64,000 nucleotides of DNA from assembly GCA_025603075.1 (NCBI GenBank), contig MU626296.1, positions 62,001 through 126,000 of the forward strand. The letters run 5' to 3'. Made by a program: the position numbers and the translations under genes. Shown here one piece after another: positions 24,586-39,634 of the stretch. The notes beneath the pieces were generated by a model, which was given only the letters and a program-made list of their open reading frames with translations, searched no databases and was not told the DNA's origin. The stretch is from Neoconidiobolus thromboides FSU 785. Its lineage: Eukaryota > Fungi > Entomophthoromycota. Position 1 is the first letter of the stretch; every line of letters begins with the position of its first letter.

Positions 24586-26244
24586 TTATTTTTTCTTTTC
24601 ATGCAATTCTTCATAAAAGAATGCGTAAGCTTGATTCACTTTAGTAATAGGTATATTAAATAAAGGATGTATAGGAACCTAAGTATATTGATTGTTATAA
24701 ACAATAAGTAATAACTCATAAAAGCTTACTAAAAGATTCCACCCATTCTCGTCCTTGTTAATTAACTCTGCCTCCCAATTATTTGGTTGAAATTTAATAT
24801 CTTGCTTTTTGTTCACTATCTTATATTTATACTGTGAAAGAGATAAGCCAGAAAGTACATAACATGTATGATAATAATCTACACCTCTAATAAAACAAAA
24901 ATATATTCGGTAAATTAAACATCTTAAAATTAAATATCTTTACTTTCCAGGTTTGTCTCTTAATCCGCCCAAAGGTCCTTGACAAGCATTAAGGATATAA
25001 GCTTGAAGTAAATCTAACTATCGCTATATAAATGCTTTTATAAATATTGATAGCACTATTACCTCGGTTATATAATTCATTATTATCTGCATGAGTTGAT
25101 AGTATTGGGAATGTAGCACCTATCCAAAAAGAGTAACAGCCATCTACCAATTTATTTGTTCTTCCCTGAAAACCTCCTTCTGGGTCCATTTGTCTATTGC
25201 AACACCAAGACTAAAATTAAAGATATAAACTTATTAACATTATTATACAAATATATACTACCATCAAATAATTTAAGTTAATTCTATCAACTTCGTTTAA
25301 TAGCTCTAAACTAGCTAAACCACAATATGTATACCCACCATGAGACTCTACCCCAGGATAACAACCTAAACCACCATCAAAACCTTGACAACTAATAACA
25401 AAAAATTAATAAATAATAAATAAAGTAACTTATAAATTACCGTTTGATAAATTGTCCAATATTTTTTAAAAGTATTTCATCATTTAAGTTCAAAAGTGAG
25501 CTAACTGATAAAACACAGTAAGCACCTCTGATATCCACTTCCCCATTAAGTGTCATCAGAAAAGAACCATCATCTTGTTTTAAAGTAAGGAACCATTTAT
25601 ACAACGTTTCCTTATTTATGACATTATATGCTTCCTCATTTCCAATTAACATAAGAGAAGAAACAGCGGCATAAGTGGCCGCTAAATGAGATATTTGCCC
25701 GGGCCCACCACCAAAACCACCGTCGGGATTTTGCATTGTTGCTATTGTTGCTATCACTCTATTTTTATAAAATAAGTTACTGTTATCCTATCTTATCTTT
25801 TACTGTACCTCTGTTTTGTTTTCTCATGAGTTTCGTGTTTAAGTAAATGTAAACTTTGTAACATCCAAAAAATTAGCCAAGGTTGACTAGCATCCAAGCC
25901 TGCATAACCTCCAGATAGCTTATTCAAACCTCGTAATATATATCTTATGTGCTCATTCCTATCTAGCTTTTTACTAGTTCTAAATAAGCTTTGATTTTAA
26001 GAATATACTATTATTTTACTTTGTTTCTTTTGTTTTTCCATGCATATATGGAAAGATGGCTAACAATGCTTCGTCCTAATGATTTGAATTTGAATTTGAA
26101 TTTGAATTTGAATTTAATAGAATAAATTTATTCAATTATTACTTGATTTGTCAAAGTGGTTGATATATTTTCATCGTGTCCTAAGTGTCTGTTAATCTTC
26201 CAAGTTTCCGTTCTTTCATCCTTTTCAATTTCGTTAAAAAACAT
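24586..26244 (-). CDS. RAM1: Protein farnesyltransferase beta subunit, multi-exon
   Basis: [89 protein letters not shown]. Confidence 0.93.
26083..26112. repeat. (TTTGAA)5 hexamer repeat in the first RAM1 intron
   Basis: Direct read of the sequence. Confidence 0.85.
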
Positions 26245-26603
26245 TCTGATTTATTTAAAGCAAAGATAATATATATAAAAACTATTTTTATAATAACGCA
26301 AACAGCAAATAAATTCTTGAAATTTTATCTAATTACGTATAATCAATCTATCAAGAAAAATAAATAATATTTTAGATTAAAATCAAATTAAATATTTTGT
26401 TCCAAATAATATTCTTAAACAATGAATATAGCCTTTGTTATATGTTTAAAATATTAATTTAAAATGTTAATTTAAAATATCAAAACCAAAAGCTAAATTA
26501 TATGAATTGTATTAGTCATACTATTTATTATTTTTAATTGAAATACAATATGTTTCTGTAAAATAATATATTTAACCTTGATGCCAATTGATAACTATGT
26601 AAC

Positions 26604-29333
<2,730 letters not shown>

Positions 29334-29684
29334 AGCTTACAAATCTTTCAAGAACTTTTTTCACTACCTGATTTGAATAAGTTAAAAATGAATCTTAAGC
29401 AATTTGATTTTCTATCCCTGTTTTTATTGATCCATTTATTTATCAAAAATCCCATAAAATTTGTTTATTAACTATGTTAAATATTATTTTAAATTATTTA
29501 ATATTTATAGAACACACATTACAATAGGAAAAAAGTCAAAATCATACTAGTTTGAAATTGTAACATATCAATATGCATATGTCAAATTTTACTTTGAAAA
29601 TCATAAATCATGATATTTTTATTTAAAAAAGATATTAGATCATTAATATAAGTAAACTTAATATAAACAAATTGAATAAAAAAA

Positions 29685-29790
29685 ATATAGATATTTTGTT
29701 TGGCTTCATCACTTCTTCTATCTTTTAAGTACTATTTAAGCGAAAAAATTGTTAGTAAAATCCTTAAATATAAAACTACATCTCCATATA
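29685..29790 (+). mobile_element. MITE-like dispersed repeat copy
   Basis: TGGCTTCATCAC...GTTAGTAAAATCCTTAAATATAAAACTACATCTCCATATA. Confidence 0.8.
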
Positions 29791-30589
29791 TATTTTTTAG
29801 CATAAAGTAGCAAAGCAGTGATTAGTTATAGTAAACTAAAAATATGAGATAACAATAGTATCAGATATGAAAAAACAATTTCAGATGTTTTATTATAGAA
29901 ATTTATAATATCCCTTTTATTATTGCTATGAAAATACTTTAATTCTACATTTTGTATTTTTTTATAACTAACTATTGAAAAAACTCTTCTAATAACAGTA
30001 ACCAATATTCTATCAAAAAATCCATAAAAACTTGATAAAACAATATAATAGTTGGTTCCTTGATTGTCATTAAAATTGTATAACAAATAAATTAAAAATA
30101 CTGCACTTATTTAGTTATGAGGAATTCTTAAATTTTTATCGATTATTTAATATAAGCATGTTAATTGCAGCCCTCGATCGAGGCGATTTGATAAGTCTAG
30201 AATATAAATTAAAATCTTTGCTTTAATAAATGTATACTAATTCCCATATAAAATAATACTCAATATCTAAATAAAAAATTAAAGTTTGCTTTTTGCCTAT
30301 TTAGTGAAATTAAAATATTTACTAAATATAGAATATAAATTGCTAAAAATTTATTTACAAATCTAAAACATTTTAGTTTTTTAAAATTGTTTTAAATTAT
30401 AAAACGTAATTGGAGATAGGTTCCACTTAAAATAATCAAAAAATCAATTGAAATTTAAATAACTAAATATACTTTATTTTTACAACTTTACTAAGTTATG
30501 TTATTTAAAGTGTGATTGAAAAATAAACACATGAAATCTTTATTATAATTGAAACAGCTAAATAATAAATAAATAATAAAATGTCATTA

Positions 30590-31561
30590 TTATACATATG
30601 AGTTAATACTATTAGAATCAATAGAACGATTTAAAGTGTGATTCGATTTAATACCAATAAAACGCAAAAAGCTATCTTTGCTTTCTTCATGTAATGTAAC
30701 AACAAAAATTCCGTTTACTAAAGTGACTGAAAATAAAAACAACATTACAATGCCATCAGCTAACCCTAACCTTGGTTGTTGAGTAAATGTAGTATAGAGA
30801 AATAATATAAATTCAGGACATAAACATATTAAATAGAAGATGATTACTATTAAAAATTTAAGGATGGTACTGTCAAAGAATCTTTTCTTAATACTTTTTT
30901 TATATGCTATTGTTTCGATTCCAGTATTTAAACTGTCGATTAACTTTCTATAATGATTGAGTACTAATAAATAACATATCGGAATCAAAAAGACAGTTGG
31001 GATAACAAAAAACAAGATCATAAAATTGAAAAATTTAATTGTAATTGTATTCCTATTCCCCGGTAAACAGTAGATACCAGATGGCATCAAAATTAAGTTA
31101 GTGGTAAATGCGGCGACACAAATAATAGAATAAAGTAATACCAAAGATATTGTTATAATTATGACAAATCTTTTATTAGATATATGATAATTTTTGACTA
31201 TAATCAAATATCTTACTAAGCTTAATATTCCTGTAACAATGATTGATATAAAAGTAGCTGAAATAAAGATCAATAGGCTAAAATTACAGAATATTGAAGT
31301 TGTAGTAATTTCATCCCCTATACTCCATTTTATTATTTGAGTTATAATTAAAAACAAGGACCCTATACTATCTAATATAGCAATTATACTAATCAAAATT
31401 GAATCTATTGCTAAAAATTTATTTCTATTAAATAGTGTTAAATAAGCAATAACAGTATTCAAGGCAAATGAAAGTATGGCGATTACAAATAACACAATAT
31501 CTACTCCAATCCATGGTTCCACTACTCCTATTTTTGTGTTTGCAAAGTTGGTGTCTTGCAT
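30590..31561 (-). CDS. Class-A (rhodopsin-like) GPCR-like 7TM protein, intronless
   Basis: Seven hydrophobic segments; TM2 Asp (AILDS), TM3 Cys (FCNF), DRY-like LVRYLIIV, ECL2 PSGIYCLP, Pro in TM5 and TM6. Confidence 0.8.
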   Translation of the reverse strand: MQDTNFANTKIGVVEPWIGVDIVLFVIAILSFALNTVIAYLTLFNRNKFLAIDSILISIIAILDSIGSLFLIITQIIKWSIGDEITTTSIFCNFSLLIFISATFISIIVTGILSLVRYLIIVKNYHISNKRFVIIITISLVLLYSIICVAAFTTNLILMPSGIYCLPGNRNTITIKFFNFMILFFVIPTVFLIPICYLLVLNHYRKLIDSLNTGIETIAYKKSIKKRFFDSTILKFLIVIIFYLICLCPEFILFLYTTFTQQPRLGLADGIVMLFLFSVTLVNGIFVVTLHEESKDSFLRFIGIKSNHTLNRSIDSNSINSYV

Positions 31562-33250
31562 TTAATAATTAAAAATAAAAAGAGATAAAAAACAAAAATG
31601 TTAAAAAGTAGAAAAAATACAAAACATTAGTTTGAAACCTTGAAAGTACATTACATTACATTTTAAATAATTATTTATGAATACAGTTACTGCAATTCTA
31701 TTGCGACTTGATTAGATGTTTATTTAACAATATTTTTTTATCAGAGTTAGAGCAAAATGACGAATTAGATGACAAAAAATTCAATAAACAAATAATTAAC
31801 TCTAAAAGCCATAGCAAATCAGGTTGTAGTAGAGTTAGAGTAGTTGTAATCATTTAGTTTTTTATAGGGTGAAGAATAAAGGCTAGAACAGAACCATTTT
31901 ATTTTTCATTGGTAAAGCTTACTTGTTTTAGCCTGCAATCAGTAGTTTAAATTAACTGAAATCTTACAACTTACTCTAAGTAAGTTTAATAAATTAGAGA
32001 ATGATTTTATTGGCGATTTTATGGTATTTGAATTTCCAAAACTTTGAAGCCAAAGACTCCTAAATATCTTATTTAGAAGAAAATTTGATAAGGAAAGGAG
32101 GGAGAAATGATTATCTAGCAAAAGATAATTAGCACTTGATTTTTTGAGGTAAAAGTTCAAATTAAACAAGATTGTTTGAATTTTTAATACTTTTATCTAT
32201 TTAATATTCTATTTCACTAATACAATATGTTTGTGTATTATATTGTGTACATATAAAAAGATTGTAAATCAAAAAATAGAAGCAAAGTGCTATAGATATA
32301 ACCCAATATGTAGACAATATATAAATTAGATAATTTATATAACCTCATAATTGTTTATTAAGTTTAAAAAATATCTGTTATTCTGTGTAATTATAGAATC
32401 TAATATTATATCAAGTTGATAAACATAATATTAGATCTATCTTTAACTTTTAACAAAATAAACCTGTTTTATTATTATAAAAATAAAGATATAAAAAGCA
32501 ATTAACTTAAGCTTAATTTATTATTTATTATCTCATTCTATACTTTAATCTATGATATAAATAAAATAAATCTTAAAACTTCATCTTCTTTAAAATATGT
32601 AATACAATAACTCGGTATAATCCACATTAATTAAAACTACGCTATAATTTATTACTGTTACCATAGTCTTTGAACCTCTTATTTACCTAATAATTTTATT
32701 GGGATTTGAGTTAATACTAAAAAAGTATAAAAATTAAAATAGTAGTTTTGCCTTATCTATTGAAACAATAATTAGTAAAATAAAAATATGATATATTATA
32801 ATGTAGTGAAGTATAACATACTATATGATAAGTCACACTATCATAGATTACTAATTTATAAGAAGTAGCTAACCTGCTTTGACTATTTTAGAATAAACTA
32901 AAAATAACTCTAATAGAGTGATTAATGATATTGTTTTAATACTACATAATTTAAGATATTGATGAATACAAACATAACATGATTTGATAAAATATAAAAA
33001 ACAAGGACAAATAAAGGTTAATTGAATATAGAAATGGATGGTGCATGTCAGTACCAAATTAAGTCTACTTAATTAAGTAGTTTAAAACTACTAACCAATA
33101 AAAGTGAGTTTAAAACCTAATGACTTAGAATCATTATTTTTTTCTAAGAATATAATTCAACCATAGTAAGATTATTAAATTATTATCAATTTTATTATAT
33201 AAAATTTCATTAAGATTTTATAGTTATTTTTTATTTCTTTCATTGATAAA

Positions 33251-34231
33251 ATGGATTCCATCAAGGACTACGGTGTAAATAGAAGAGACAAACATTTCGG
33301 TCCCTTAGAAATCTATCCTGCAGTCGATGCAATTGCTTTCATTGTTGCAATCCTTTCAATTCTTTCAAATGCTTTATTGTTTTATATCACCTGCTTTAGA
33401 AGGAAGTTCAACTTTGCTATTGATTCCATTATGGTCACTTTCATTGCTGTTTTTGATTTAATCGTTAGTGTGTTTATGTTTATAAGTCTTATCTTTAAAT
33501 GGGCCACTGATAATGTTTATACAAAAGATCAATCTTATTGGTGTCATATGTCTTCTATTTTATTTGGTAGTACTACATTCGCTACTTTAACATTAGTTGC
33601 TCTATTTGCAGTGTTGAGGTATTTAGTTATTGTAAAGGGATATAGAATACATTCTATGACATCAGTAATTGCATCTATAATACTTATTGGTTCTACATGG
33701 GCTATATTCTTAGAAAGGTCGTTCTCTTCAAGTCGATTGAAAGTTAATCCATCAGGTTTATATTGTGTTCCACAGATGTGGGGTCGAGATTGGGATGATC
33801 GAGTCCTTGCCTTTTATTTATTAATCATAACGGTGCCTTCAATAATCATGATCCCATTATTTAATTCTTTAGTTGCAGTCCATTATGGTAAAATAGTTAA
33901 AGAAATGGGTAGAGAAAGTAAAATACCAGGTATTGGAAAACTTAGGTCTAATGTTATTAAATTATTTATAATAGTATTTGCTTATACTATTACCACGTTA
34001 CCTGAATTTATATCTGTAATATATGTTGTTATAACAGATGGAATAAGGTATTCACTACTCGATGGTATAGTGATAACCTTGTTTTTCTCTGTTACACTTG
34101 TCAATTCTTTTTTTACCCTCTTTTTACATGATGACACTAAACGAGAATTGTATGATATGCTTGGATATGGAATGAGCCATTTTGAATCGTTTAAAATGGA
34201 TAGAACTGACTCTGATTCTGAAATATGTTAG
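33251..34231 (+). CDS. Class-A GPCR-like 7TM protein, intronless paralogue of 30590..31561
   Basis: Shares FAIDSI, AVFDL, WCH, VLRYLVIV, PSGLYCVP, PEFI, DGIV..LFFSVTLVN and LHDD motifs with the neighbour. Confidence 0.82.
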   Translation: MDSIKDYGVNRRDKHFGPLEIYPAVDAIAFIVAILSILSNALLFYITCFRRKFNFAIDSIMVTFIAVFDLIVSVFMFISLIFKWATDNVYTKDQSYWCHMSSILFGSTTFATLTLVALFAVLRYLVIVKGYRIHSMTSVIASIILIGSTWAIFLERSFSSSRLKVNPSGLYCVPQMWGRDWDDRVLAFYLLIITVPSIIMIPLFNSLVAVHYGKIVKEMGRESKIPGIGKLRSNVIKLFIIVFAYTITTLPEFISVIYVVITDGIRYSLLDGIVITLFFSVTLVNSFFTLFLHDDTKRELYDMLGYGMSHFESFKMDRTDSDSEIC

Positions 34232-34773
34232 TTATAAATAATAATGTAATCAATTAAAAATTAATATTTGTTTTTGTATTAATAAAATACATGCCTACCC
34301 AGATTTGATTTATAGCTTAATTTTAATGTATAAATATTGCCAAAAACAAATAATATAGATTGGAGTTATTTATCAATCTTAATAATTTTACTTTTATATC
34401 AAAACTTCAATTCCGGATTATTAATAGTAATAATGATAATAAAATACAGATTAAATAATTTTGATAACAAATTTATTTTAAAAATATAATATTTATAATT
34501 ATTAATTTTATAAATTATTAACCAAATTAATATTTCAATAATGTCTTAAACTAAATAATATACTTTTGCTATTTAATATAAGCTAAAACTGACTAAAAAG
34601 TCTCGCATAAACAAGTGTAAGATTCCGATCATCAATTCCTAATTTGGCCAATTTAGAGGGAAAAATAAAATCATAGATAATAAAAAGTTGGCTTAAAAGC
34701 ATGAAAGAGAAAGTTAGTGGAACAAAATCTTCATAATAAAGAAGAATCTTTTTTATTTTTTTTTGAAAAAAAG

Positions 34774-37539
34774 ATGTTGCAACCAACTGATGACCCAAGA
34801 ATAACTGCCACCACACCATTATTAATTAATAATGAATTTCGTACTAGTTATAACGATGAAACTGTGACATCAAGTAGAAACTCATTTACACCACCAGAAA
34901 TGTTGTCAGATGAACAAAAGATGGCTAGTTATGGTCCAATAAAAAGATTTTTAATAAAATTGATGACGGTAAACTATAAGTATCAAGTAAAAATAACTTA
35001 AATTTTAATATTTTATATAGTTAGAAGGCTTTAGAACAGTAAGATTATCTTTACAAAGCGTTGGTGTAATTTATGGTAATATTATTTAGCAACTGATTTT
35101 TGATTTTTTAATATATGTCTTTAGGTGACATCGGAACAAGTCCATTGTATGTATTTTCAACTATATTTAATGGTCATAATAGCCCGACTGAAGTTGAAAT
35201 TTATGGTGCAGTATCCTTAATATTTTGGTCTTTATGTTTAATTTTTATACTAAAATATGTCACTATTGTATTATTTGCTGATGATAATGGTGAAGGAGGT
35301 ACCTTTGCTTTATACTCTTTGATTTGTCGGTAATTTTAGTTAAATCATTTTTGTCTTGTTTTTTTATTATTATTATTATAGTTATTGTAATATTGTGCCA
35401 CGTGGAACTCAACACGATTCAGATTTAGCTCTTACACATTATGACACCGATGACTTTACTTATTTTACACCGAATGACGCCTATGTTCCATGGCAAAACA
35501 AGGTCAAAAAGCTTATAAGTAAGAGTAGCCTATTTCGCTCTGGTTTACTGTTGGTTGTTTTATTTGGTACTTCATTGGTAATGGGAGACGGTATATTAAC
35601 GCCAGCTGTTTCTGGTAATTCAAATAATATGTTGTTATAGTTACAATTTAATCTTGTTTAGTATTATCTGCTGTCGAAGGCGTACAAATTGCTTTTCCAC
35701 AAATGGGGAGTTACATTGTACCTATAACAGTTGTTATTATTTTGTTCTTGTTCTTAGGTCAAAGATTGGGAACAAGTAAAGTCTCTAAATTTTTTGCGCC
35801 TGTGATTATAGTTTGGTTATTGAGTATTGCTAGTATAGGTGCTTATAATATTTCATTTAATCCAAAAATACTAAATGCGATCTCACCTTATTACGCTTTA
35901 AAATATTTTGAAGTACGTGGTTATCAAGGTTGGGAATCATTAGGCGGTATTTTATTGTGTATATCAGGTAGTTTAAGAATGCTCTATTTTATTACTTTAT
36001 TAACCCTTTTTAGGTGTTGAAGCTTTATTCGCTGATTTAGGTCATTTTAATAGAATTTCAATAAGATTATCTGCTACTTCAATTGTCTTTCCATGTTTAT
36101 TATTAACTTACTTTGGACAGGCTGCACAGATATCTTTAAATCCATCAGTTGTAAGCAATGCATTTTGGTTAACTGTACCAACCCAAGTGTTTTGGCCAAT
36201 GTTAATTATAGCTACTTGTGCTGCAGTAGTTGCATCTCAAGCTATGGTTTCTGCAGCATTTTCAATTATTCATCAAGCTATGGCATTAGCATGCTTTCCC
36301 AAAGTTAATATTGTCCATACTAGTAGAAAAATTCATGGACAAGTTTTTGTTCCTGAAGTTAGTGCTATTCTTATGATACTTTCCATCTCTTTAGTCATTA
36401 TCTTCCAAGAATCTACAAGTTTAACAGCTGCTTATGGACTTGCTTCATGTATGTTAATGTTCCTTACAACCTGTTTAATCAGTTTAGTTATGATAGTGGT
36501 TTGGAAACTTAACTTTATTTTAGTTTTCAGTTTTTTCCTCATCTTTTTTTCAATCGATCTAGCATTTCTTTCTTCAACCCTTTTAAAACTAATGTCAGGC
36601 GGATGGATTCCATTAGCATTTGCTTTCTTTTTTTCTATTATAATGAATGTTTGGCGATGGGGAACAGATTTAAAACATAGAGCAATCGTAGATTCTCAAG
36701 TTTCTCTTGATTCTTTACTTTACGACCCTGTACCTTCAAGCACTCCTACTCATCTCCCATCAACAGATGACATACTAAAATGTGCACCAAACAATTCATG
36801 GTCAAATGGATGGTTATTGAAAACGTCTAATGAACCACAACCAGTAGCAAGGGTACCTGGACTTGCATTATTTTATTCAGAAGCAGAAACCAATGTTCCT
36901 GCTGTATTCAAACATACTTTGAATTGTTTTTCTGCTGTACCTGAAGTTGTAGTTTTTGTAACTATAAGGCATATTGTAGTACCTACTGTTTTACCACATG
37001 AAAGATTTCTTCTCACTAGATTGTCTATTCGCGGTTTTTACCGTTGTGTTGCAAGATATGGATATATGGATGTCATAGAACGTGGGGATGAATTTGTTAG
37101 TTTATTAACGGACCAACTAACAGGGAACATCCAAGAATCATTAATTAAATTAAAAAGAAAAGAAGAAGAAATAAACAAGATTGTAGAGAATAATTTTAAT
37201 CCAGAAGACATAAGTAATAAAAAGGATGTAAATCCAAGAATAAGTTTAAATTACCCGTCTGGGCTAGAAGTTCAATTTTCCAATTTAAGCAAAAAATCTC
37301 CTACTCAACAACGTATTCTGTCACTTGAAATGGAGATGGATATACTAGAGTCTGCTTTAAGGCATGGTGCTACCTTTGTGTTAGGCAAAAATTTAGTAAA
37401 AGCCAAAGAAAAATCACCAGTGTTACACAAACTAGGGTTGAACTATATCTATAGTTTCTTATCTAACAACGATCGTTCCTTTTCACTTAAAACAACACCA
37501 TCTAAAACCATTCAAGTCGGTATTCCTCTTAGAGTATAG
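34774..37539 (+). CDS. HAK1: KUP/HAK/KT high-affinity K+ transporter, multi-exon
   Basis: [78 protein letters not shown]. Start may instead be 34717. Confidence 0.94.
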
Positions 37540-38050
37540 AAGCTTATTTTATTAAATGCTATATATTTTATTTGTACATTTTAGATAAAAATAAAAATTT
37601 AATAAATTCAATTGACATAAAAAATAATTAAAGTAGTTTTATATTTAATTTCAAAAGAGCAATTTTTTTTAGATTACTCATCCATATGGAAGATTTGGTT
37701 TATTTAAGACAATGGAGAGCATCAATATACGATACCTAAAGGAAGTCTAGAGATTCAAAAGATTCAGGATTCTTTAACAGGTAAGGCAGAACGTAACGCT
37801 TTGATCAGTAACTCCTTTTTTAATAGTCAAACTACCCTATGATCTGTTCAAGATTTGAATTTGAACCTTGGCTGAAGAAGGGAGCATACTACTACTGGGT
37901 CACCTTTCCCCAAAATAATAAATATTTAGTTTGATTATCTAATATCAATTTTATAATAAACTTTATAATTTTACCTCATAATGTTTTAAAAATAAATATA
38001 CTTATAAGCAATAATAATAAAATGATGACTTTACATTTTCCTAAAGTAAC

Positions 38051-38158
38051 TATATGGGGGTGTTTTTTTTGACTTCATTATTTTTTCCATTTTTCAAGCG
38101 ATATTTAAGTGGAAAATTTGTTAGTAAAATTTTTAAACATAAAAATACATCCCCATAT
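38051..38158 (+). mobile_element. MITE-like repeat, well-preserved copy with TIRs
   Basis: Left ATATGGGGGTGTTTTTT, right AAAAATACATCCCCATAT (inverted complement). Confidence 0.9.
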
Positions 38159-38242
38159 GTTAAGTTGTCTATACAAAAATTAAATGTTAATGTATTTGAT
38201 AAATAAAAAGATTAATCTTAAATATGTTTATTTAGTAATAAT

Positions 38243-39028
38243 TTAATTCAATGTTACAGTTTGAGATGTAGTAGTAGCAGTGGCAGCTAATTTTAATTTG
38301 AAATAATCTTTATGAAGCCCACATTCTGTTTTAGTTTGATTAGCCCATCTGCCAGAACGCTCATCATTTTTATCTTTAGAAGGTGTTGTAGAATGATAAT
38401 CTCCAATAGAAAGATAACCTTGATCTAATAGTGGATTATATGGGACATTATTACGTTTTACGTATTCTTCTACTTGACTAAAAGTCCAATTTGCTAATGG
38501 ATTAATTTTTAATAAACCAGTAGTATCTAACTCTAAAATAGGAATTGAACTACGTTGCCCATGTTGAGATCTACGCCTACCAGTGAATACTGCGCTGACA
38601 TTTAATTCATTATAAGCACGATGAGCAGGTTCAACTTTAACTAAATAATCGTATTGATCTTCATTAGACTTCCAAAGTTGAGCACCATATTTTGATTCAA
38701 AATCACTTCGATTATTTACTTTATTTGGCTTATAAATGTTTATAGTAGCATTGTATTTTTGCTTTACTTTATTTACCAATTGTAACGTTTCTTCAAAATG
38801 ATATAAAGTATCTATAAATATTAAGTCAATTGGATGTTTGTCTGATTTATTATACTTCGAAATGATATCAGTGATAACTAACCCTGTTAACCCAAACGCT
38901 GTAGTTTGATAAAGATTTGGCAAGGTAGTGATACTCCATTCAATGATTTTTTCAGGGCTTAAATCATTTAATTGTTGATTTAAATAAGATAAATGTTCTT
39001 TTGTAAACAAAGTTTGATTCAATGCCAT
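38243..39028 (-). CDS. MET16: Phosphoadenosine phosphosulfate (PAPS) reductase, intronless
   Basis: QTTAFGLTG, FIDTLYHFEET, FTGRRRSQ, KINPLANW, GYLSIGD, RSGRW, TECGLH. Confidence 0.96.
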   Translation of the reverse strand: MALNQTLFTKEHLSYLNQQLNDLSPEKIIEWSITTLPNLYQTTAFGLTGLVITDIISKYNKSDKHPIDLIFIDTLYHFEETLQLVNKVKQKYNATINIYKPNKVNNRSDFESKYGAQLWKSNEDQYDYLVKVEPAHRAYNELNVSAVFTGRRRSQHGQRSSIPILELDTTGLLKINPLANWTFSQVEEYVKRNNVPYNPLLDQGYLSIGDYHSTTPSKDKNDERSGRWANQTKTECGLHKDYFKLKLAATATTTSQTVTLN

Positions 39029-39526
39029 GTTAGAGAGATTGTAAATAATACTAACTATATGTTATTTTTAAATAATATAGAATATAATAAACAAATTTAA
39101 TCTAAACTCTAGTTTATTTATATTTTTTATTTATTAGTAATAATTTTCATTTGATGCCATAATGTATTAAAAGCACGCAATCTATAAACGCTATAATTAT
39201 AATCAATCAACTTTGATTCATTTGAAGTTAGGAGGGTATTAAAAGCATAATAGATCATATTTCATCATCTTAAACAAATATTAGCAATCTGTCTTATGTT
39301 TATCTTTCTTTTTAAAAGCCATGTTATAACTGTTTTCATTAATAATAGTTAATTAATAATATAGTGTCATTAATAATAGCACTATAGCAATACGTAGAAC
39401 TGTTATATAAAGTAAGTGGGTTTGTGGTATTATAAAATGTAATATAAACTATAATATTTATAAACTATAATCTAACTATTTTGAATATTTTGAATTAGTT
39501 AGTGGTTATAGCTATAAGCAGCAAAT

Positions 39527-39634
39527 AGATGGGGCTATATTTTTATGCTCAAGAGTTTTGCTATCAATTTTTCTGCTCAAATAGCGCTTAAAAGATGGAA
39601 AAAGTGATGAAGTCAAAAAAAACATCCTCAGATA
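39527..39634 (-). mobile_element. MITE-like dispersed repeat copy
   Basis: CTCAAATAGCGCTTAAAAGATGGAAAAAGTGATGAAGTCAAAAAAAACATCCTCA. Confidence 0.85.

Noticed and set aside
37625-37788. U1 snRNA-like CTTACCTG and CCATTG on the minus strand
   Set aside because: There is no ATACTTACCTG start, no GATCACGAAG or ATTGCAC loops with supporting stems, and no clear Sm site.
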